Shown piece after piece: positions 20,225-30,000 of a DNA stretch of 64,000 nt. How positions within the stretch are numbered: position 1 is the first letter of the stretch; the number at the start of each line of letters is the position of its first letter. The position numbers and the translations under genes are program-made. The stretch comes from Gammaproteobacteria bacterium (GTDB taxonomy: Bacteria; Pseudomonadota; Gammaproteobacteria; UBA1113): assembly GCA_965230635.1 (NCBI GenBank), contig CBDDLJ010000022.1:86705-150704 (forward strand), written 5' to 3'. Under the pieces are notes generated by a model. It did no database searches. It was not told where the DNA came from and was given only the letters and a program-made list of their open reading frames with translations.

Positions 20225-20790
20225 ATGTCTTTTTTAGAGCATTTTTCTATTATAGGCTGCGTTACGGAAAATGTACTTTTAAATCAGCTCGAAAACGCTA
20301 AGCTTTGTTATTTTAGTTTATCTAGAACAAGAACACAATCCACTCAAGCACAAAATACTAATGCTCGTGTTGGTACCTTTGCATTTATAGCAGTTTTCAA
20401 TATTACTAAGCCATTATAAGCGAGTATAACACGTGCTTGCGCGGTTTCAAAAGTGAGGTTCAATTACTGTAAATAAGCTTTTGAAGACCAAAGCAAGCGC
20501 GGGTTAGACGAAGTTTATAATGGCTTAGTAATATTGAAAACTGCTATAAAGCTCTGGAGATCATGAAGCTTCGTGCTAAACGTACAACAAAAAGCGATGT
20601 ATACAGTTTAGCCCTTGTTATGTGGGAAATAGGGTCAAGAAAAATTCCATATGAAGGTGAAGACAACGCTACTATTAAAGAAGAAGTCAAATCGGGGGAG
20701 CAAGAGTTACTTGAAGAATTTTCTATGCCTTATAGTTATAAATAGATTATAAAAAACGGTACAAGCCAGCCTTATTCGCTGTAAAGATGA
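20225..20790 (+). pseudogene. remnant of a eukaryotic-like Ser/Thr/Tyr protein kinase, interrupted by a MITE
   Basis: Before the MITE the sequence reads FLEHFSIIGCVTENVLLNQLENAKLCYFSLSR...VGTFAF. This is a decayed catalytic loop, with HRD now GCV and DFG now YFS. After the MITE it reads ALEIMKLRAKRTTKSDVYSLALVMWEIGSRKIPYEG...SYK*IIKNGTSQPYSL, the APE / DVYS.g..lWE / CW..dP blocks. The N-lobe is missing and there is an in-frame stop. Confidence 0.6.
20386..20548. mobile_element. MITE copy 2 (163 bp), inserted in the kinase pseudogene
   Basis: About 90% identical to 1461-1623. It has 32-bp perfect TIRs (TAGCAGTTTTCAATATTACTAAGCCATTATAA) and TA on both flanks. Confidence 0.8.
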
Positions 20791-20838
20791 GTCAGTGGGT
20801 GCAAAAGCTCGAAAGTATATCCCATGGTGGGCGTAATA

Positions 20839-20949
20839 TTTGTTTGACTGTTGTTTGATAGAAAGGAGAAAAAACCAAATAAAAAAACAGAAATTCATTA
20901 TTTATCAGTTTGTTATGCATATTGCTTTGTTTGACTGTTGTTTGATAGA
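20839..20949 (+). repeat. two perfect 24-bp direct repeats (TTTGTTTGACTGTTGTTTGATAGA) 87 bp apart
   Basis: Copies at 20839-20862 and 20926-20949, just upstream of the integrase pseudogene. They could be arm-type or att-like sites. Confidence 0.7.
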
Positions 20950-21014
20950 TGGGGCAATATGAAGCAATGTTTGGTTAGCAAATGCTTGATTATTTAAATT
21001 TTCAATAGGCGCTA

Positions 21015-21847
21015 ATGAGTAAGAAATTAAAACAAACAAATGTGAGAGCTGTATTGCCTATCTTCCATCGGGCTGAATACCTAGAGTTCAATGCCACCCT
21101 GCCCTCACACCTCAAAGCATACCAAGACTTCGAAAATGATTATCTCTGAGCTCATGCTTTCTTGTATGCACACAAGGACAACAAAGCTACCTTTAATGCT
21201 TACCGGCGTAAAGTGGAACGACTGCTACTACATGGTCATTTGTTATAGAAACTTCGAAGTTAATGGCGAAGAAAGACGAGCGACATGAGCGAACACTATT
21301 TATTTTTTCAGCACTGTATTTGATATATTTACGTATTTCTGAGTTAATCATTACCGATCGATGGTCACCTAAAATGAATGATTTTAAACGTGATCACCAT
21401 GGTCTTTGGTGGTTTACGACTGTGGGCAAAGGCAATAAAGAACGACAAATAGCTGTGAGTCGCTCGATGCTTACCACATTAAAACGTTGGTGAAAACATT
21501 TAGGATTATCACTCCTGCCCTCACCAAATGAACAAATGCCATTAATACTAACTGGTTGTGCTAAAAGCATGATCAGCACTAATCAAGTTGGAAATATTGT
21601 ACAAATATGCTTTGATTTAGCAGCAGAACGTATGTTTAGTGAAGGATTAGAAGAGGAAGTTGGTGATTTATACGCTACTGTTCACTGGTTACGGCATACA
21701 GGAATTTCTGATAATGTAAAACGTCGTCCAAGAGAGCATTTACGAGATAACGCTGGTCATGGTAGCAGTCAAACTACTGATCGTTATATCGACGTTAATT
21801 TACGAGAGCGATATCAAAGTGCAAAAGAAAAACCAATTAAAGATTAA
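21015..21847 (+). pseudogene. tyrosine recombinase / phage-type integrase, multiply frameshifted
   Basis: Pieces lie in three frames. They read AFLYAHKDNKATFNAYRRKVERLL (N-terminal SAM-like domain), LYLIYLRISELI..GKGNKERQIAV (catalytic R and K), and HWLRHTGIS...GHGSSQTTDRYIDV (H..R, H, nucleophile Y). Stops and frameshifts separate them. Confidence 0.75.
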
Positions 21848-21914
21848 CCAGTCAGTAATCGGGTTTGCTTACACTGATTGAAATTGAGCGGGAATATCAT
21901 ATAAACGATAATGT

Positions 21915-21958
21915 TATAGCAGTTTTCAATATTACTAAGCCGTTATAAGCGAGTATAA
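21915..21958. mobile_element. MITE half copy (left arm only)
   Basis: TATAGCAGTTTTCAATATTACTAAGCCGTTATAAGCGAGTATAA matches the first ~44 nt of the MITE, then similarity stops. Confidence 0.65.
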
Positions 21959-22330
21959 AGAAGATAACTATCAAATCCGGCAAAACAATGCAGCGAAAAA
22001 ATTGGCAATTATGAGACATTTTTCACCCAACCCTGCTCGCTTGCATTCATAGCAAAATAGTATGAAAGGCAAGTTGAGACAGGCGATGTAGAGTGATACT
22101 TTTTGTAGCACATTATTGATTGTCCAAATAGAGAGTGAAATATGGTTTTGCGCTGCACAAAGGTTGATTTTGGGTTTCAATTTATGTTAAAATTAGAGAT
22201 TATTTAATAAGACTTAAGTGTGAAAATATAGCTAAGTAAACTTGTTACAACATAAAGTTTCTGGGCTGGCATATTACTTAAACATGCTTTATTAATAATT
22301 TCTTTCAAGGTTAGTTGGAGTACACTTAAA

Positions 22331-23716
22331 ATGGCTATTACTTATGAGGATGCTATAAAAGCACAGCAAGAAATTGAAGATAAAGCTCTATTAGATCCCA
22401 ATGTTGTTTCTGTTGGTGTGGTTGCAGAACGTGATGCATTTGGAAAACAAACAGGTAATTATGCAGTGCAAGTAGGTGTCATATCTATCGATGCTTATTC
22501 TCGTACTCATGACCATGGAGAGTCTGTCATTCCAGATGAAGTTCTTATCCACTCGGATCAAGAGAACGAAGATAAGCATATCCGCATCACTATCGTTAAA
22601 GAAGGAAAGATTGAGGCATTAAACGCAACACCTATCCACGAAAAACAAAGTGAAATCCCAAGCGCTATCGATGATTTACCCGAAACAACTAGTACAACCC
22701 ACCGCACAACATTAAAACATAGACCCAGCCTATGTGGATATAGTATTAGCCACTCTGATATCTCTGCTGGAACTTTAGGGCTATTGCTTGAGTACACAGA
22801 AGAACCCCATGTTGGCAAAGCGTTTATATTAAGCAATAACCACGTAATAGCTGCGAATAATACAGCTTTTGCTGGTGATAAAATTACTCAGCCTGGTTCT
22901 CACGATTTTGGTCGAGTTGATACCAACACCATCGCGACCTTGCATCGTTGGATTCTACTGCAAGCCTCAACATTTAATTATGTCGATGCTGCCATCGCGC
23001 TAGTATGTGGCGGTAACAATTGGAGATCTTTTGTATCACCTTACATTAAACGTATTGGACAGCCCACAGAAATTGTTGAACCGGCTATTGGCATGCAAGT
23101 TGAAAAATTTGGTAGGACAACTGAATATACGACAGGTGAAATTATATCTACAAGTTTTTCAACCAATATAGAATACCCAATGAGCACACTAGCATTTAAA
23201 AACCAAATTCAAACAACAAATATGTCAACAGGCGGAGACTCTGGTTGCTGTATCGTTAAATGTGGATCAAGAAACTCCATAGGATTGTTGTTTGCAGGTA
23301 GTAATACAGCTAGTTACTCTAATCCTATGCTTGCGGTACTTTCTGCGCTTTCACAAAAACACAAAAATAAATATCCATCAGGAAAAGTAGAAAAATTTAA
23401 GGCAGACTTTCCATTACAAATTCTTAGGCAGCAGAGGCGTTCTTATTCATTTCACGCTAGAGCTATAGCTGCCAAAATCTCTGCATTAAGCCCTGCTATT
23501 AAAAGAGCAAACCGCCACAGAAGCGCCGCAATGTTAGCAGCGAGTATTAGCGTATTAATTTCTGGCGCTGCCAGAAAATGGACTACCCCATCACAACAGC
23601 AAACTTCAATGTCTCGTTTTAATCTGTTTGGAAAACAGCCTATAGCAGCAACCAACTTTCCGGATACAAGTACTAAAGCATTTAGCACACTTGGCATGAA
23701 TGGAAAAAGAAAATAA
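22331..23716 (+). CDS. chymotrypsin-fold (S1-like) serine protease with N-terminal and basic C-terminal extensions
   Basis: 461 aa. The candidate triad is His in FILSNNHVIAANN, Asp in NYVDAAIALV and Ser in TGGDSGCCIV. The last ~115 aa are basic/Ala-rich with a hydrophobic stretch (AAMLAASISVLISGAA). Confidence 0.65.
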   Translation: MAITYEDAIKAQQEIEDKALLDPNVVSVGVVAERDAFGKQTGNYAVQVGVISIDAYSRTHDHGESVIPDEVLIHSDQENEDKHIRITIVKEGKIEALNATPIHEKQSEIPSAIDDLPETTSTTHRTTLKHRPSLCGYSISHSDISAGTLGLLLEYTEEPHVGKAFILSNNHVIAANNTAFAGDKITQPGSHDFGRVDTNTIATLHRWILLQASTFNYVDAAIALVCGGNNWRSFVSPYIKRIGQPTEIVEPAIGMQVEKFGRTTEYTTGEIISTSFSTNIEYPMSTLAFKNQIQTTNMSTGGDSGCCIVKCGSRNSIGLLFAGSNTASYSNPMLAVLSALSQKHKNKYPSGKVEKFKADFPLQILRQQRRSYSFHARAIAAKISALSPAIKRANRHRSAAMLAASISVLISGAARKWTTPSQQQTSMSRFNLFGKQPIAATNFPDTSTKAFSTLGMNGKRK

Positions 23717-23842
23717 GCATAGTACCTTTACCTAATGTTTATCATCGACATTGTGCCTGTATAAAGCAGGTTATGATTTTAATATATTTTTCTTAAGTTG
23801 CTCTATAATCAACACACTAGTGTTTGTCCTAAGATGTCCTAA

Positions 23843-23986
23843 GTACTCGTAAACGATATCGCACAAGAGCTCAACATGGATAGTCTATTTGTTCTCCAAC
23901 TAGACATTGAAGGACACTATAATCAAAGAAAAAGGCATACTGCCATTGGCTATGTGATCTCTTTTGTGTTTGAATATGTAGAGTAA
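23843..23986 (+). pseudogene. possible IS3-family transposase C-terminal remnant
   Basis: Translation ...LDIEGHYNQRKRHTAIGYVISFVFEYVE* resembles the conserved IS3/rve tail (i..yi.fYN..R.H.alGy.sP..fe). Only ~45 codons are present. Confidence 0.35.
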
Positions 23987-24071
23987 TTTTTGTAAGGCTG
24001 ATTGCCCGCTAAAATGAGGTAAGATTAGTATTGCTGAAGTGTAGTTAACTGAACAACTACTGATAGCTCGG

Positions 24072-27000
24072 CTAATGGGCCTGTTTAGGGCAACCTGCAT
24101 TGTGAAATCCTGCTCCATTAGTGCCAATTTCCGAAGAACTTTCTATTATTACCTCACAATCTTGTGAAGAAGATAAATTTGCTGCCTGAGAATTAGAGAT
24201 TAAGCTATATTCAGGTAACAAACTTGCTGAATGATCGATACCTACATCATATTCATCAAATAAATCTTGCTTTATTCGTTTAATAGCCGATGACGCTAAT
24301 GATAAGCTGTTAACTTGTCCTGCTTCGATTACCATAATTTTATCTTGCTGTTCAACTAGAACAACATTATTTTTTAATAATTGCTTTATTATATAACGAC
24401 GACCTTTTGCATCGGTTTGTTCATAAATGGGGACGATTAAATAAGCAGGGATATCAATATCAGAGGATATATCAACGTTATCATGATGACTCTTAAGTAA
24501 TATCCCTTTTAAAAATAGTTTGATTTTCTCTGGCCACTTGGATAAGTGCGGAACTAAGCGACGAGCAAGTTGAGCGCGATCGCTTACAGTCATATCTTCA
24601 TACGCAAGCAATCTCAACATTGCATTTATTTTGATAAAATATTGAGTAGTATGCATAACTAAGCCAAGGGCAATTGTAATGCGAACTTCCTTATTCTCTT
24701 CTTCATTGTCGAGTAACGCCAATACCGTATCCATTTTATCAGAGTCTTGTGAGACACATAAAACTAAGTTCCTAGCAAGCAAAACACGAATCTCCTTCTC
24801 TACTTTTCTATTTTTGATTAAGGCCAAAACCTTATCCATTTTATTAGCAAGTGTGGCACGAATCTCTTTCTTTACTTGTCTGTTGAGCAGCTTCTTCGAC
24901 GTACTCATTTTCCTATAAACTCCAGAGCGATGCATGATTAAGCCACGAGCAAATGCGACACGAACGTGTTCATTCACTTGCTCATTTTCAAGTAACGCCA
25001 ATATCGTATCCACTTTTTTTTCACAACCCGGAAGAATATTTGCAGATAAATTATCGACAATATCGAGCAAATCCAAAAGATAACTTCGGATTGAATAGAA
25101 ATCAAAATGGGCTTCTTCAATGTCAAAGTTATCATGTATATATTCATTTACTTTCTGATTAGTCAGAAAATTCAAGATCACATCTAGTTTGTCAGAACTC
25201 ATAGGCATGCGCCTAATTAATTCATAGGCAAGCCGGATCCGGATACAGCTAAATACGTACTTGTCTGTCTTCTTATCAATAAGTAGCGCCCATATTGCAT
25301 CCACTTTATCATAATCCAGAGAAGTATATCTAGCCTGAGATATAGAATCAACTAAGCCAAGAGCAATCTTAATACGAACCTTTCCATTCATTTTATCATT
25401 TGCGAGCAACTTACATACTGCATCCACTTTCTCAAAGTCGCTAGAAATATGACTGACAAAATGATAAGCAAGCTTAGAACGAACATTCTCATTCACTCCT
25501 TCATCTTTGAGTAACATCCACACTATATCCTGTTTTTCACAGTGCTGGTATAAATACTTGGCTAAATTTTTAGCAAGCGCAATGCGAATATCCTTATTTA
25601 CTGCTTCGTTTTCAAAGAGCGCCAACACTGCATTCAGTTTGTCAGAAGCCTGAAATTTATCTAAGGCTAAGCAATTGGCGAGTGCAGCACGAACATCCTT
25701 ATTCACTGTTTGATTTTCAAGGAACGCTAAAACCACACCCATTTTGTCAGAGGCCTGGAGATTATCTAAGACTAAGCGACTAGCAAGCGCAGCACGAACA
25801 TTTTTATTTAATGCTTCGTTTTCAAGAAACACTAATATCGCATCCATTTCAAAAATTCGTGATATATGCGCAGCTAAACCACGAGCAAGCACAATGCGAA
25901 TATTCTCCTTCACTGCTTCCTTTTCGAGGAATGAAAACACTACATGGATATCCATTTTGTCAGAATCTTGCAGGATATGCTTAACTAAGCCATGAGCAAG
26001 TGTGAGGCGAGCCCTCTGACTCTCTTGCTCATTTGCAAGAAGTATCCATACTGCATCCACTGTGTTAGAGTTCTGGGAGAGATATGTGACCAAGCTAAAG
26101 GCAAGTGCGATACTATCATTTGTGTCTAGCACTCTGTCTCTGATTAATGAAAACACTGCATCTATTTTCTTTGAGTTCTCGGAGATATGCATGACTACAT
26201 CCCAGGCAAATGCAACACGAGACTTTTCAGCCACTTTCTCTTTTTTTAACGATAAAAAGACCTGATTCTTTCCCAGGATGCGCCTAACTAATACACAAGC
26301 AATCGTGATGCGAACTGCCTCATTCACTTCGTCATTTTTGATCAACGTCAGCATCGTATCTACTTTATCCGAATCCTGTGGAATATGCTGAGCTAAGCTA
26401 CGAGCACACATGATACGAGTCTTTCTATTTACCTGCTCATTTTTGATTAATGCTAACACTACATCCAGTTTGTCGGAATCCTGAAAGATACGCTTGATGA
26501 AATCATCGACAAGCTGATAACGAACCCGTCTACTCACTTGCTCATTTTTAATTAGCAATAAGATCTCATCCAGCAGTTTGCTAGAACATTGTAAAATTTG
26601 TGCGGCTAATTTACTAGCAAATGCGACACGAGTGTCCATATTCACTCCCTCATCTTTCATTAGCGCCAACGCTGTGTCCAATTTTCCAGAATCCAGAGAG
26701 AGGCACTTAGCGAAATTACAGACAAGCGCATAACGAACGCTCTCATCCAAATCCTCATTTTTGATTAACGCTAATACTGTATCCATTTTGTCAAAATCCT
26801 GTGAGATATATGCGCCTAAGCTCCAGGCAAAACTAACGCGAACAGATTTTTTCACTTTGTTATCTACAAGTAAAGTAGCAATACTATCGAATAGACATCT
26901 CTGTATTTGATAACAAGGTTTTAATATGTCTTGAAAACGCTCTTGTAACTTGTCAGGCATCGCATGTAGCTTTTTCAATCGCTGGTCAATAAAACGCATC

Positions 27001-30000
27001 AGAGATTGTTGCTTTCCTTCTAGTAATTCGATGCTGTTGTCTAGTGACAAACTGGCCTCAAGACAACGTATGAACAAATCTTCTTCAGCAACCCCCACCC
27101 AATCTCTTGGTGCTTGCAAGAGTAATTGAAAAAAAGTTTCTTGCGCATCCGGATATGGCTTTAACAACCCCGCTACAAAAGGCCAGACCAGGGTAAAATT
27201 TGGGTGATATTTGTAAGCTTTGATCACCTTACCGACAGATAGCTTTTGAGCCTCTGTCCCACAAGATAAATAATCTTTGATCACCCAGGCCGCTAAAAAT
27301 TCTTGAAATGACAAATGGAGAAACTCATAGGATTGTTGATTGTTTATCTCTTTTCCGATTTTTTTTAATAACCCTAATGTTTTCAAGTATTGTACCTTAA
27401 TGAAAGGTAGCCTATTCTCCGCTAACAATGTGGGGTTTTCTTCTGCACTTTCGATACCTTTTAACCAACGGATGGATAGTTGTGTGGTGTCTTGCCGTAA
27501 GCCTTCAAATGCCCAACAACCTAAGGTCTGTAATAATAGATTGATGACTGGATCTTTCAATATAATCACGTCATCTAATAGCGCATTCTCATCTAAACAA
27601 CCATCCCGCTCTAGATAGCGTCGACATACATTCACAATCAGCGATAAATACAGCTCACTTACCGATAATTGCGTCAACTCAACCTGCCTCTTGTGTCGAC
27701 AGGATGTTTGCCACCAGCTTTTTAATAAATACGCATTGATGGGAATGTGTGCTATCGACCACAGATCTTTGTTCTGTTTTAATTTTTCAATAAGCAGCGC
27801 TGGTTCTTCCGTATCTTTTAAATTATGTTTGAAAAATACGGAAACATCTTTTTCTGAAAACCCCTGGATCTCTATCAGTCCATCATAGCGCAACCACTGC
27901 TGTAAATTTGCTATTGCATACGGACGCGTTGTCACTAGCTTCTTAAACGGTAAGCGAAACAATTGAACCAGTAATTTATACCAAGCGCTACCTCTTGCAA
28001 ACGTTGGCAGTTCATCTAAACCCTCAATCATAAGCAAACAGTTAGCTGGTTTTTCTCGCAGTCTTGACAATATCTGCTTCGCCTCAGCGATAGATAATTC
28101 CAATTCACCCCAGCACGCACGACGTAGTAACTGCACGATATCCCATTCCTGGATATCTGGCCCCAATGTCTCTGGATGCAAACTGCGACAATGAATAATC
28201 AGCACCGCATCAAAATCTGACCATAATCCTGATATCCCTTGCTCTTGTTGCGCAAGCGCCCATTGGTAGGCGATATAATCACTCAATGTCGTCTTGCCAA
28301 CACCCGCAGCCCCCGACACCACCACCGTATTTACCGCCCCAGGCAGCATATCTTGCGTATCTTGATACTGTGCCGGCTTAAATATGTCAGATAATGCAAT
28401 CGCTGTCTTTTTGCCTTCAAGATCCCTATCGCGTTCTCGCAAAGGCCGAATTAATGGCTTGTTTTGATTGGTTGTAGACGCACTGGCTGACCGTTTCACT
28501 TCTTTTACTAGCTGAAGATTGACAAAATAATCGGCTAAGGAAAAATAATCCGTATCAAATAAGCGCTTTTTCACAAATGACGGCTGGGTATAATACGCCG
28601 CACACTGCGTCTGCCAACGTTGCAGCAAACGCTGCGGTGCCAACTGCGCCCACACTTGTTCAAAAACCGCCTGTATCTCCTGACATTGTAACACCATATC
28701 ACGCACCGTCTGGCCTTGACCGTTCGTCAAGGTTTCATCCGCCCCGTGCTGCAGCAATGCAATAAACACCTGTCGATAATCGTCTACATTGTGCCCATGT
28801 CCCAGCTGCCTTACTCGGGCAGCGAGATGCAAGGGAGTACACTGTGCTCTATCTAACGCATTCACTTCACCTTGAGTCGCCAAAAGCCTCACAATAGCCG
28901 CATTACCAAACTCCGCCGCTAAATGTAAACACGTTTTCCCATCCTCTCCAGCACTGAGCACCACCGTTGTCTTTGCTTGTAACTCAGTAAAAATTTCTAA
29001 CGGTGCATGACAAGCTGCAAGCTGCAACGGAAAATAGCCCGCAAGGTTGCGCTGATTGACGGCCGATGGAAAATACCTGAGTATGTCTTCATAACAGCCC
29101 CACTCATGGCAACCCGATACACACAATGCATGCAGTACCGTATCTCCTGCCGTATTGAGTGGACCCACCACTTCCATGCTTAATGGCTTAGTAGCCGCTA
29201 GTAAATCTGGTATCACCTTGCTGAATCCTTGCTGGCAAGCTAAATGTAAACACGTGTTGCCAGCACCATCGCAACCCGCCGTCGTTGCTCCATGAGCCAG
29301 CAATTGTCTACATAGCGCATCATCTCCCGATTGTATCGCCAGCATCAGGGGTGTCTTACCCCGGTAATGTGCCTGTAACTGCCACCGGTATTGTTGTTGG
29401 TTAAGCAAATAATCAATCAAATGAGGAGCCGGATACGTCGTGATAAAATAATGTAGCCATGTCTCCCCTTCAACATTGTTAGGTTTTTGCATACAGCGCA
29501 GCCCTGCATCTGTTGCAAAACCGGTGTCCGCTAACGTGTTCAGTAACCGCTCTATACAAGGAACTAGCGTTGGCGGACAAGGAGATTGGTCTTGTAAATG
29601 GACACAATACGCCGCCGCATAGCAATACAGCGCCCGCTCCGATGTCCCTGACGCGCTAAATCGCTCCGCAAGCTGCATTAATTCTAACGACAACCCTTGA
29701 CGACTTGACCTCAGTAACGCTGCTAGCTTATCTAATAACGTATCAATCGGAAATTGTGGATCAACTGATAAATGACCAAAAATGAAAATAGTCGAATTAT
29801 CAACCTGGCTATAACTCGCGAAGGGATGCGGTGCAGCAGCTGCTGCGCCAGCACCGCGTGAAACCGTGTCACTGCGGTGCACTACTAGCGGCTGAGTTTC
29901 CATTGTGCTAGCTGCAAGCACTGCTGTCTCTGCCTGGCCAGATAAAATTTCAACATCGACTTCATGTGGCGATATGATCGGCGCGACAGTCGCTTCAATG

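Noticed and set aside
21971-22180. 69-aa minus-strand ORF between the MITE half copy and the protease gene.
   Set aside because: It has no RBS, a low-complexity/hydrophobic composition and no recognisable motif. It is probably non-coding.
22203-22221. A second PmrA-like motif (TTTAATAAG-A-CTTAAGTGT) upstream of the protease gene.
   Set aside because: The TTAA-to-TTAA spacing is 10 nt rather than 11 nt and the half-site matches are poorer. This is likely chance in AT-rich DNA.
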